Assembly: GCA_964016885.1 (NCBI GenBank) | Contig: OZ024743.1 | Coordinates: 162,812,001-162,876,000 of the forward strand | Length of the DNA stretch: 64,000 nucleotides | Direction: 5' to 3' | Source: Eledone cirrhosa | Lineage: Eukaryota | Part shown: positions 11,779-24,817 of the stretch, one piece after another | How positions within the stretch are numbered: the first letter of the stretch is position 1 | Layout of the letters: each line of letters starts with the position of its first letter | Translations under genes and position numbers: made by a program | Notes under the pieces: model-generated | What the model was told of the DNA's origin: nothing | Seen by the model: only the letters and a program-made list of their open reading frames with translations | Databases searched by the model: none

Positions 11779-13974
11779 AATGAAAATAGAGAAATTAATG
11801 TAAGCAAAAAGCCAACAATAATACAGACATATAAGTGACTATAACATCAAGATGAAAAATTTTTAACGTAACATTTGTGATAAGTAATACAATCTTAAAA
11901 TCGAGAAAAAATACTTAACCGTCAATCTCTTATCGTGACGATATGCTAATGCTTATTGAAAATAATAATAATTGTGAAATAAATAGGCAAAGAAAAGAAA
12001 TTATTCAATTTTTTAATAACGTTAATCTTAAAGTAGAAGTAGAGAATAATTATAAAATAGTTCATTTTTTAGATGTAACTTTAAACCTTAATACTGGTCT
12101 TTATTATCCATTTCATAAAATGAATGAGAATTTAAACTATGTTAACTTTAATTCCAATCACCCCAGATCCATTAAAAACACTATTGTAAATTCTGTGCAG
12201 CAACGTATTTCTGGAATTTCAGCAAATAAAAATATATTTGAAGATAAGGCAAAATATTATAATGAAGCGTTAAGTAGAGCAATGAAATTAAATACATTGA
12301 TAATAAGGATGTGCCAATTAACCATAACTATAAATATAATTATAATAGGAAACCTTGCACTAACTCGAAAATCAAAAGAAGAAATAGAACTAGAAATATA
12401 TTATGGTTCGCTCCCCCTTTCTCATTAAGTATTAAAACTCCAATAGCTAAATTATTTTTTAAAGCTCTAGATAAGTGGTTTTCTAAGACACACAGATATT
12501 ACTCAATCTTTAATAGACATATTATTAAACTCTCATATTCCACCACTATGAATTTAGCGCAGAATATTAATAGAATTAATAATAGAAACTTAAAACCTAA
12601 CCAGAATAGCATTAATACCTCTAGCAATATCCAATTTAATGTTACGGCTCCCAATAATATAAATTCAGATAAATGTAATTGTAGAAATAAATCTAACTGT
12701 CCTCTAAATAATAACTGTTTAGTTAAAAATATAGTATACAATTGTAATGTCAAAACCAATGAAAATTCCTTTAACTATGTCGGCTCTACTTCCACAGACT
12801 TCAAATCTCGTTTCAATAACCATAAATATTCCTTTACGGATATTGGTAACAAATCTTCAACTTATTATGGAACTTAAAATCCAAGAATATTAACTATTCT
12901 TTATCTTGGGAAATTATCTCCAAAGCTCCATCATACACAGCTCTATCCAAAAATTGCTCCCTTTGCTTTGAAGAAATATTCTTTATACTAAAAAGTAAGA
13001 ACTCTATTAATTTGCGTAATAATTTATTTAGTTCTTGTAAACATCATTTAAACTCAACTTTTAGATATATATATAAAATGTAATATATGGTTAATCTCCT
13101 TTACATAATGTTTTCTATATCCAACCACCTACAACTTCATCCTTCAGATTATATCTATATATGATTCATATATATTTAATTTACTTTCTATTATCTCTAC
13201 TTCATAAATATACTTTATATTATTACACTTATCAATAGATAACCTTTTTATATGACTACTTGAAATTCTTTTAAGAAAAATTTTCCTTGAAAAACTTTCT
13301 GAATGTTTTTGAAAATTCTTTGAAAGATATAGAAAAACCATTATTTTCATATCTTCCAATATTTTATATCTTCAAACATTTTTAATATATATCCAAATAT
13401 TTATATATATGTGGAATAACATATGATTTATGTTTTAACTATATTCTTAAGATAAATTTTTTTTAACTTTATAACAATTATGACTTCTTATAAAATAACC
13501 TATGGTTTGTTTTAATTATATTCTTAAGATAAATTTAAGATTTCTTATAAAATAACATATGGTTTATGTTTTAATTATATTCTTAAGAAAAAATTTTTTA
13601 ACTTTATAACATGACTTCTCATATAAGAATTTTTTTTGAAGGGTTTTTTTATGTATCCTTGGAGTCATTTGAGTTCTTAAAAAATCACTTCTAAATTCCT
13701 TTATACTTCCTTACTGTTTTTATAATATAATTAAGTAGTTATTCCTTTGTAAACTTGCATAAATTTTCATAAATTTAGAATTATTTGGATGTTTAAGTTT
13801 TGACTTACAACTATTAATAAATATAATTTTGCCAAACTTACTTTAATCAAATAAACTATACTAGATTTTCTCTAATGTAAAATACTATATATTTATTTAA
13901 ATAATTTATAATCCATAACATACACATCTAAACCAATATATTATTACTAATACATCTTAATAAATACTTCTGTT

Positions 13975-14110
13975 TTAATTTTAATTTTTAATTTTTAATA
14001 TTAAGGTAAATTTTAATCTTTAATTTCGATTTTTAATTTTAATTTTCGAAATTTAATTTTAATTTTAATTTTAATTTTAATTTTAATTTTAATTTTAATT
14101 TAATTTTTCA
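13975..14110. repeat. (TTTTAA)n hexamer array
   Basis: Direct reading. Confidence 0.85.
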
Positions 14111-14527
14111 ACTTATCATTATAAATATTATAATCACAACGTAATGAATCCTACATTCTAAATATTATTCTTCCACGTTAATCTTATTTCTTCTTTCACT
14201 TAGATATATTTATGCTCTATATTCTTCCATTAAAATTTATTTCTTTGTTCACTCTGACTATCTTCACTATCACTATGTATAATCGTTCTTTCTTTCCTCT
14301 TCTCTCTTTCTCTTTCCTTTTCTCTCTCCCTTACATATCATCTTCTTCCAACAGTTTAATTTAAATAAACCGTTATCTTTTCAACTTTTCGGATGCTCAT
14401 TTGCATACTCACTTATAACTTTGTATTACTCTCAATAAAATATTATCTCCACTATCCAGGAAGCTCCAACCGTTAAGGTTGTCTTTTTTTCCGGGTATGT
14501 CAATATTTATTTATAAAACAAATCTGT

Positions 14528-14628
14528 ATTTTATCTGATGAAAGTACACCAAAATTTCCCTTGGTTGCCCTTGAAATATATATATTTACTCCACTAACTT
14601 GTTGAGTGCTTTATATCAGTTATAAAAT
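14528..14628 (+). ncRNA. Degenerate type I hammerhead ribozyme candidate
   Basis: CTGATGA, stem II AAG..ACCAA/TTGGT..CTT, GAAA, TATA/TATA stem III, ATC; stem I register imperfect. Confidence 0.45.
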
Positions 14629-14693
14629 TTTTTAAGCTTGTTGAATCCCAACAAATTAAATATAACCTCTGCATATATATATGCATATATATA

Positions 14694-17600
14694 TCATCAT
14701 CATCATCAACGTTTAACGTCCGTGTTCCACGCTTGCATGGGTTTGGACCGGGGTTTTCCCACTCGAGGCAAGAGTGATTGTCTTGCTCGCATAGGACTGT
14801 CTGGCAGGTTTTCTACAGTTGGATGCCCTTCCTAACACCAACCACATTTACAGTGTGGGTCTGGGAGGTTTTTACCGTGTTGCCTACACGGCCACATTAC
14901 AGCGTGGACTGTGTGTTTTTTTGTCGTGACATCTACATGATCTCATTTGTTTCGGCCTGGATGGTGTGGCACCAACATAACTTTACATAGAAGGGGGCGG
15001 TGTGGATGGGGTGGGGGTGGTGGGACGGGGGTGTATTTTGTTAGAGATGCCTACTGACTGTAGTAGGTTTTACTTTGTATTTAGGTAAGGCGGGTCTTCT
15101 CTATTACTGAGTACCGCCAAAGGTCTCGGTCCAGTGACATTGTCTTGGTGAGGTGTAAGTGTGTGAGGTCGGAGTTTATCAGCTCGTCCCAGGTTTTTCT
15201 GGGTCTGCCTATTCCGTGGCTACCGTCTATCTTTATTGCCCTGCACTTTGTTATACAGCTATCGTCCTCATGCGCATCACGTGACCATACCAACGTAGCC
15301 TTCTCTCGAGTAAACAACATCTGATCCCTCTTATTTCTAATTTTTTCCTTAGTTCGTTTATGCTTTGTCGTTCACGTATATTACTATTACACATCCAGCG
15401 GAGCATGCAAGCTTCGTTTCTCTCTAGTCTGCGTATATCCTCTGCACACAATGCCCAGGTCTCACTGCCATGCAACATTGCTGTTCGTATGCAGGCATCG
15501 TACAACCTGCCTTTCATTTTTAGGGAGAACCCTTTAGCAGCTAATAGTGGTATAAGCTCTCTGAACTTTTTACACCCAGTTCTGACTCTAGCTACTGTAC
15601 TTTCAGAGCACCCTCCCCCACTGCTGATTTTATCACCCAGGTAACGGAAGCTGTCCACTATTTCTATAGAATCCTCTGCGCAGTTGAAAGAGCTAGTATT
15701 TTGTGGGCACTTGCTGCTACTTATTGCCCCAGAACACCGGCCACATGTAAAATCTATGTTCTTAGTTAGCTTACCTGTGATCTCACTACATCTTTTATGC
15801 ACCCAAACTTTGCATTTGGGACACAAAATGGAATTTCTACCTACGCCTTTCCTACACTCTGCGCATGGCCACTTCCCGGAGGGGACCGCCGCCTTATTTT
15901 CTTTCTTACAAACTAGAACTTTAGTCTTAGCCAGGTTAATTTTAAGGCCTTTTGATTCTAGGCCGTGCTTCCATGTTTGGAATTTCTTCTCTAGCTCGGC
16001 CATTGATTCAGCTATGAGCGTTAGATCATCTGCGTATAGGAGTTCCCATGGGCAGCCGGTCTTGAACTCCACTGTTATAGCCTGGAGGGCAATAATAAAT
16101 AGTAGCGGGCTAAGAACAGAGCCCTGATGAACACCAACTTTTACACTAAACTCTTCACTATATTCGTTGTTAATTCTAACCTTGCTGACTGTTTCTTTAT
16201 ACATGGCTTGTATAGCTCTCACAAGCCATTCATCAACACCTAGTTTTCTAAGAGCCCACCAGATAATGGAACGGGGGACTCTGTCGAAGGCCTTCTCCAA
16301 GTCGACGAAAGCTAAGTATAGGGGTTTACTTTTAGCTAGGTACTTCTCCTGTAGTTGTCGTACAATGAAAAGAGCGTCTGTGGTACTTTTTCCTGACACA
16401 AACCCGAACTGCATTTCATCTAGATCAATTCGCTCTCTGATTAGTTGCGCTATTACTTTTTCCGTGACTTTCATGACCTGGTCGATTAATTTAATGCCTC
16501 TATAGTTACTCCTATCTAGGGCATCTCCTTTACCCTTATAACAGTTAACGATGAGTCTGCTACGCCAGTCCTTCGGAACAACCCCATGCTGTATGACTTG
16601 GTTGACTATCCGGGTGACCATGGTGTGTCCCACCGTACCAGATGCCTTCAGCATCTCGGCAACTATTTCCGAAGGCCCAGCCGCCTTACCCGTCTTCATA
16701 TCTTTGATTGCCTTACTTATTATACTACCCTCGACTAACACTGCTGCTCCCTCTATTGGGTCGATGTGGGGGAGACTGTCTTTCTCCCATTTATTCTCCT
16801 CATTTAGTAGCCTTTCATAGTGACACTTCCAAGCTACCTTCTTATCGGCGTCGGTGATGGCAAGTACGCTGTCATCGTTAAGTACACACTTCTCCCCGAC
16901 AATATCACGGTTTTCCTTGACACATTGCCTAGCAATCCTGAACACCTCATGTTTTTGGTCCTCACGTTGTAGAACATGCTTGAACTTTCTTTCCTCTGCT
17001 TCCCTTCTTGCGAAGTACACTTGTCTCCTAGCTTCCCTCCTGACCACTTGACAGTCTTCTCTGCTTCCCCCATCCCACCATACTTTCCAAGCCTGCTTTT
17101 TGGCCTTAATTGACCCCTCCACCTTACTGTTCCACCACCATGTTACTCTCCTCCTGCCTACAGGCCTGCTCCAGCCACAGACTTCGTCTGCCGCCGTCAG
17201 CAGGTTTGCTTTCAGGAATTCCCACTGTTCCTCTACCTTGTACGACTCTAATTGCTCTTCCTTACTGTCGAAAGCATCAAGTAATATGCTTTGGAATTTA
17301 TTTTTGGCTGTGGGGTCCTTTAGCTTCCATATTTTTCTCCTGAGGATAGTCCTCTTCTGTTGTCTAGTACGTCTCGTCCTGACTATTAGGTCGCTAATTA
17401 TCAGTCTATGTTGGGAGGTGCATTCCTCATGGGGGAGGGATTTAGTGTTTACAACAGTCACTTTGTCACGTCTTCTGGTAAGGATATAATCTACCTGGCT
17501 GGTATGTTCCTCTGATCTGTAGGTGATCAAGTGATTGTCTCGTTTTTTGAAGTTAGTGTTGCAGATAGTTAGGTTATTTGCGTCGCAGAATTCCAGGATT

Positions 17601-18617
17601 CTGGAGCCTTCCTCATTTCTAGTACCAAACCCATAGCCTCCATGGATTTCGTCATAGCCGTCACAATGTTGTCCAACGTGACCGTTTAGGTCGCCTGCAA
17701 TAATTATATAGTCACTGTCGGTTATTTGGGAGGTAGTGAGCATCAGTGTCTCATAGAATCTGTCTTTCATAGTGCTGGGCAGTCCGGATTGGGGTGCGTA
17801 CGCGGATATTACTGTCACCGTAGTTCTATTGAGGACAAGTCTTATTTTAATTATTCTGTCGTTCACTCTATTTACGTCTATTATCTTATCTGCCCACTTT
17901 TCTGCTACCATGAATGCTACTCCACCCAGCCCATTGTCATTTCCCACCCAGAAAAGCTTATAGCATCGTTTTCTACCCACATGAATCTAGCAGAATCTAG
18001 CAGATCCACCCCTCCACATGGTCTCTTGAATACAACAAACATCGACCTCCTTACGTTCAAGCATTTCTACAACCTCGTTAGAGCGACCCTTTAAGGTGCC
18101 TACATTCAAGGTACCAAATCTGAAGTTTTGGATTGCGTTTGGGGGGTGGGAAAGGTGGGGAGCGGGGGGAGATGGGGTTATGTTAGCCATCCGCGGCCGA
18201 AACAAAGAGGCATGTTCGCATTCTCGTCCACGAGGTGTGTTTGTCTTTAACTTTGGCATTGTCGCTGAACGTCCAGATTTTTCTCTCTTCAACTCTCCGG
18301 AACTCCGTAGTCCATCCATCCTACATATCGAAGGCGACCAGGTAAGCGATAGTATAGGCCTCTGGCTTATGATTGGTCCACGTAATAATAATGGTGGTGC
18401 GTGGGGGCGGGATGGAGGGGTGTTGAGTTGTTAGCGAGAAGAATAGGTTTAAGTGAGATCCTCGTATTTAACGAACGTAAACAAAAATACAAGATTTGTT
18501 TAGTAAAATACGCCAAAAACTTCCGTATTTTACAAGCATGACAAAAATACAAGAGATTTGTTTTGGAAAATACAGGAGGAAATAGGATGGGATGGCTAGT
18601 GAAACAAGAATTGGAAA
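14694..18617 (-). mobile_element. RTE LINE subfamily A, near full length
   Basis: ORFs 17987-18319, 15251-17980 (909 aa) and 15081-15320 form one APE-RT ORF broken by a 10-bp duplication (GAATCTAGCA x2, ~17983-18002) and a small deletion near 15270; (CAT)n tail. Confidence 0.93.
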
Positions 18618-18791
18618 TATGTATATATATATATGTATATATATATATGTATATATATGTATATATATATATGTATATATATATATATGTATATATGTAT
18701 GTATATATATATATATATATGTATGTATATATGTATATATATATATGTATATATATGTATATATATATATGTATATATATATGTATATATG

Positions 18792-18823
<32 letters not shown>

Positions 18824-18835
18824 TGTATGTATATG

Positions 18836-18867
<32 letters not shown>

Positions 18868-18873
18868 TGTATG

Positions 18874-18906
<33 letters not shown>

Positions 18907-18991
18907 GTATGTATGTATGTATATGTATGTATGTATGTATGTATGTATATGTATGTATGTATATGTATGTATGTATATATATATATATATG

Positions 18992-19023
<32 letters not shown>

Positions 19024-19159
19024 TATGTATGTATGTATATATATATATGTATGCATGTATGTATATATATATATGTATGTATGTATGTATATATATATAT
19101 GTATGTATGTATATATATATATGTATGTATGTATATATATATATATATATATGTATGTG

Positions 19160-19190
<31 letters not shown>

Positions 19191-19215
19191 ATATATATAT
19201 ATATATATGTATGTG

Positions 19216-19252
<37 letters not shown>

Positions 19253-19312
19253 GTATATATATATATGTATATATATATATGTATGTATATATATGTATAT
19301 ATATATATGTAT

Positions 19313-19352
<40 letters not shown>

Positions 19353-19374
19353 GTATGTATATATATATATGTAT

Positions 19375-19414
<40 letters not shown>

Positions 19415-19419
19415 GTATG

Positions 19420-19454
<35 letters not shown>

Positions 19455-19473
19455 GTATGTATATATATATATG

Positions 19474-19536
<63 letters not shown>

Positions 19537-19571
19537 GTATGTATATATATATATATATGTATATATATATG

Positions 19572-19654
<83 letters not shown>

Positions 19655-19659
19655 GTATG

Positions 19660-19700
<41 letters not shown>

Positions 19701-19705
19701 GTATG

Positions 19706-19767
<62 letters not shown>

Positions 19768-19772
19768 TGTAT

Positions 19773-19864
<92 letters not shown>

Positions 19865-19981
19865 GTATGTATATATATATATATGTATGTATATATATAT
19901 ATATGTATGTATATATATATATATGTATGTATATATATATATATGTATATATATATATGTATGTATATATATATATGTATG

Positions 19982-20018
<37 letters not shown>

Positions 20019-20031
20019 GTATGTATATATA
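18618..20031. repeat. ~1.4-kb (TA)n/(TATG)n microsatellite
   Basis: Direct reading. Confidence 0.95.
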
Positions 20032-20272
20032 AGTTGAAAAAAAATGAAAACGAAATTTCATTTCTCACTCTTAGTATGATACGATAGAATTAAGGAATTG
20101 GAGAATACGATAGAATTAATGAATTGATGAGCTGGAAGGTTATGAATGTTTAACAAGCGATTTAACAAAAAGCAAAACTGCAAGATTTGTTCTGTTCAAT
20201 ACGACAAAAACACCGTATTTAAACCTTAAATAGATAACAAAAAATACAGATTTCGGATTTTGCGAGATTGGA

Positions 20273-22365
20273 GAGGCAAGAGTGATTGTCTTGCTCGCAT
20301 AAGACTGTCTGGCAGGTTTTCTACAGTTGGATGCCCTTCCTAACACCAACCACATTTACAGTGTGGGTCTGGGAGGTTTTTACCGTGTTGCCTACACGGC
20401 CACATTACAGCGTGGACTGTGTGTTTTTTGTCGTGACACCTACACGATCTCATTTGTTTCGGCCTGGATGGCGCGGCACCAACATAACTTTACATAGAAG
20501 CATAACTTTACATAGAAGGGGGCGGTGTGGATGGGGTGGGGGTGGTGGGACGTGGTGTATTTTGTTAGAGATGCCTACTGGCTGGAGTAGGTTTTACTAT
20601 ATATTTAGGTAAGGCGGGTCTTCTCTGTTACTGAGTACCGCCAAAGGTCTCGGTCCAGTGACATTGTCTTGGAGAGGTGTAAGTGTGTGATGTCGGAGTT
20701 TATCAGCTCGTCCCAGGTTTTTCTAGGTCTGCCTATTCCGTGACTACCGTCTATCTTTATTGCCCTGCACTTTGTTATACAGCTATCGACTTTCATGCGC
20801 ATCACGTGTCCATACCAACGTAGCCTTCTCTCGAGTAAACAACATCTGATCCCTCTTATCTCTAATTTTTTCCTTAGTTCGTTTACGTATATTACTGTTA
20901 CACATCCAGCGGAGCATGCAAGCTTCGTTCCTCTCTAGTCTGCGTATATCCTCTGCACACAATGCCCAGGTCTCACTGCCATGCAACATTGCTGTTCGTA
21001 TGCAGGCATCGTACAACCTGCCTTTCATTTTTAGGGAGAACCCTTTAGCAGCTAATAGTGGTATAAGCTCTCTGAACTTTTTCCAACCAGTTCTGACTCT
21101 AGCTACAGTACTTTCAGAGCACCCTACCCCACTGCTGATTTTATCGCCCAGGTAACGGAAGCTGTCCACTATTTCTATAGAACCCTCTGCGCAATTGAAA
21201 GAGCTAGTATTTTGTGGGCACTTGCTGCTACTTATTGCACCAGAACACCGGCCACATGTAAAATCTATGTTCTTAGTTAGCTTACCTGTGATCCCACTAC
21301 ATCTTTTATGCACCCATACTTTGCATTTAGGACATAAAATGGAGTTTCTACCTACGCCTTTCCTACACACCGAGCACGACCATTTCCCAGAAGGGACCGC
21401 CGCCTTGTTTTCTTTCCTACAAACTAGAACTTTGGTCTTAGCCAGGTTAATTTTAAGTCCTTTTGACTCTAGGCCGTGCTTCCATGTTTGGAATTTCTTC
21501 TCTAGCTCGGCCATTGATTCCGCTATGAGTGTCAGGTCGTCTGCGTATAGGAGTTCCCATGGGCAGCCTGTCTTGAACTCCTCTGTTATAGCCTGAAGGG
21601 CAATAATAAATAGTAGGGGGCTGAGAACAGAGCCCTGATGGACGCCAACTTTTACGCTAAACTCTTCACTATATTCGTTGTTAATTCTAACCTTGCTGAC
21701 TGTTTCTTTATACATGGCTTGTATAGCCCTCACAAGCCATTCGTCAACGCCTAGTTTTCTAAGAGCCCACCAGATAATGGAGCGGGGGACTCTGTCGAAG
21801 GCTTTCTCCAGGTCGACAAAAGCTAAGTAGAGGGGTTTACCTTTAGCTAGGTACTTCTCCTGTAGTTGTCGTACTATGAAAAGGGCGTCTGTGGTGCTTT
21901 TGCCTGACACAAACCCGAACTGCATTTCATCTAGGTCAATTCTCTCTCTGATTAGTTGCGCTATTACTTTTTCCGTGACCTTCATGACCTGGTCGATTAA
22001 TTTAATGCCTCTATAGTTACTCCTATCTAGGGCGTCTCCTTTACCCTTATAACAGTTAACGATGATGCTGCTATGCCAGTCCTTCGGAACAACCTCATTC
22101 TGTACGACTTGGTTAACTATGCGGGTGACCATGGTGTGTCCCACCGTGCCAGATGCCTTCAGCATCTCAGCAACTATTTCCGAAGGCCCAGCCGCCTTAC
22201 CCGTCTTCATATCCTTGATTGCCTTACTTATTATACTCCCCTCGACTAACACTGCTGGTCCCTCTATCGGGTCGATATGGGGGAGACTGTCTTTCTCCCA
22301 TTTATTCTCCTCATTTAGTAGCCTTTCATAGTGACACTTCCAAGCTACCTTCTTATCAGTGTCGG
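20273..22365 (-). mobile_element. RTE LINE subfamily A, 5'-truncated, lacking its terminal tail
   Basis: ORF 20783-22252 with RT and PHD finger; closely matches 14765-16855. Confidence 0.92.
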
Positions 22366-22407
22366 TATATATATATATATATGTATGTATATATATATAT
22401 ATATATA

Positions 22408-23750
22408 TATATAAAGAATGAATAATAACAGGTAGACATCATAAAAAGGTAGTTTATTCCGTGTGCTTACAAGTGTTTCCACGGTGGTACTGCAGCCTAG
22501 TTCCGCTACGTGCAAATTCACAAGTATTTGCAGAACTCGAATATCCAATGCTGTGACCACTGTTTCCTCAGAGCAGAATGGTAAATATACAATGTAAAAA
22601 CCCTTAAGTGGGGTTGTTGGGGAAGATAGAGTGGAACAGGAAGAGAGAAAAGTAGGGAAGATGGAGAGAGAAGGAAAGATATGCAGGGGTTGGAGAAGTA
22701 GGAGAGAGCGGCTTGTAGATATCTTAATCAAAATGTTATGGTAGGGGTTTTATTAGTTACTTTTGGAGAGATGCGTAGATAGTTGAGGTCGGAATTATTT
22801 ATTGCCCCAGAGGTCAAGTTCATAGATGTTGAGAGGGAGGTAGGTCAAAGGTAAGGGAGAGAGAGTGTAATGGATGTAGAGAGAGATATATAGGTAGAGA
22901 GGGGACAGATAAAGTATATGTGGTGAGTGAACTTTTGGTTTTGTAGTAGTAATCTAGGAATTGTACTGAGTTACCATGTATAGTGATAAGCAGTGTATTG
23001 TCTTGTAGTGTGGGGGGAAGAGAAGGTTGTTAGCTAGAAAGTGGTGTTGTAGTTACGGGTTCGAATGTTAAGTTATTTTATAGTGAGAGAATTTAGCTTT
23101 TAGTTTGTGGTTGCAGTATAATGATCGTTCAATTCTATCGTTAAGTAGTTTGTTTTTGGATTTTAGTATGTAAAATAGCTCAAGGTTACATAACCTGCAG
23201 TACTTCAAACCACTCCGATATGCATTTGCGCTGGAAAGTATATCCCATTTTAAGGTGAACTGTTGGTTGTGTTCACGGAGTTGCCAGGTCTTGTTGGCGA
23301 GCGTGGTCACAAAACGGTGATTCTGATGTTTGATTGAGAATCGATGACGGTACCAGCGAGATTTAAACGATGTGGTGGTAGATCCGATATAATACCATTT
23401 CTGGTCGTCCGATTCAACCGTGCATTGGTAAACAATGTTGGACTTCAGGCATTCATTCTGCAATGGACATCTTTCAGGTAGATGGCAGTTACATGCTTTG
23501 TTGTGGGTAGCGGGTATACCATGGATAGGTTGTGATAGCGGTACAGGTGGGTTGTGCAATACCCGTCTCCCATTTTATGATGTCTACCTGTTATTATTCA
23601 TTCTTTATATACACTCCGGAATACTGAAGGATCAGGAACTAAGTTTCTTGAACAATTCTTCCATAACTCGTAGAGTAACCTCTTACCGTACGTCAACCAT
23701 ATCCAGTGTAGTAATTAACCATCACTGCATCTTGGATAATCCTATACCTA
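22408..23750 (-). mobile_element. Penelope-like element (Naiad-type) 3' part with an inverted pLTR segment
   Basis: ORF 23068-23559: [34 protein letters not shown]; 22410-22446 recurs inverted at 23573-23610. Confidence 0.88.
22456..22579 (-). ncRNA. Type I hammerhead ribozyme with long stem II insertion
   Basis: Minus strand: ATTCTGCT-CTGAGGA-AACAGTGGT...ACCACCGTG-GAAA-CACTTG-TA^AGCACACGGAAT. Confidence 0.75.
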
Positions 23751-23782
<32 letters not shown>

Positions 23783-23855
23783 GTATGTATATATATATAT
23801 ATATATATGTATGTATATATATATATATATATATGTATGTATATATCTATATATG

Positions 23856-23931
<76 letters not shown>

Positions 23932-24087
23932 CATATATGTATGTATATATACATATATGTATGTATATATATATATATGTGTATATATATATACATATAT
24001 GTACGTATATATATATATATATGTATATATATATACATATATGTACGTATATATATATATATGTATATATATATACATATATGTATG

Positions 24088-24119
<32 letters not shown>

Positions 24120-24136
24120 CATATATGTATGTATAT
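23751..24136. repeat. (TA)n/(TATG)n microsatellite
   Basis: Direct reading. Confidence 0.95.
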
Positions 24137-24511
24137 AAATGAGAGGTATAGAGATTGTTTTAGCAAGAAGCTAACGGCATTCTATAACATATATGCGACT
24201 ATAACGTCAAGATGCGAAAAGTAGTTAACGAAAGATTTAGGAAAAATAACTCAAACTCATCTCAAAAGAGAATCAGGATATAAATTCATCCACAGAATTT
24301 AGTAAAATCCAGGGAAAAATCTATAGACCTTTAACTCATGATAAAATAAAGTTTGAAACACTTATCCTTCAATTTGGAATAACATCAAATGCTCTGTATA
24401 GTCTTAAAAGACTATTTCATGATATATATATATGTATATATATATACATATATGTATGTATATATATATATATATGTATATATATATACATATATGTATG
24501 TATATATATAT

Positions 24512-24795
24512 ATGGAACAAATGGGAGAAAGACAGTCTCCCCCAGATCGATCCAATAGAGGGACCAGCAGTGTTAGTTGAAGGTAGTATAATAAGTAAGG
24601 CAATCAAAGATATGAAGACGGGTAAGGCGGCTGGGCCTTCGGAAATAGTTGCTGAGATGCTGAAGGCATCTGGTTCGGTGGGACACACCATGGTCACTCG
24701 GATAGTTAACCAAGTCGTACAGAATGGGGTTGTTCCGAAGGAATGGCGTAGCAGCATCATCGTTAACTGCTATAAGGGAAAAGGAGATGCCCTAC
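24512..24795 (+). mobile_element. Internal RTE fragment (subfamily A)
   Basis: NKWEKDSLPQIDPIEGP...KGKGDAL. Confidence 0.85.
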
Positions 24796-24817
24796 ATATA
24801 TAATATACATATACATA

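Larger units (their letters stand above)
11925..14670 (+). mobile_element. Penelope-like element (Naiad-type), 5'-truncated and frameshifted
   Basis: YRDD at ~11930, FLDVTL, YHK/SNHP-like motifs, WFAPPFS, CNCRNKSNCPLNNNC linker, IVY...YVG GIY-YIG; long AT-rich 3' region ending in a hammerhead-like motif. Confidence 0.85.

Noticed and set aside
18367-20087. Long Y/I/M/C/V/H/T-rich ORFs here and at 23.4-24.2, 26.3-27.8, 32.3-35.6 and 43.9-44.7 kb
   Set aside because: Translations of stop-free TA/TATG microsatellites in all frames
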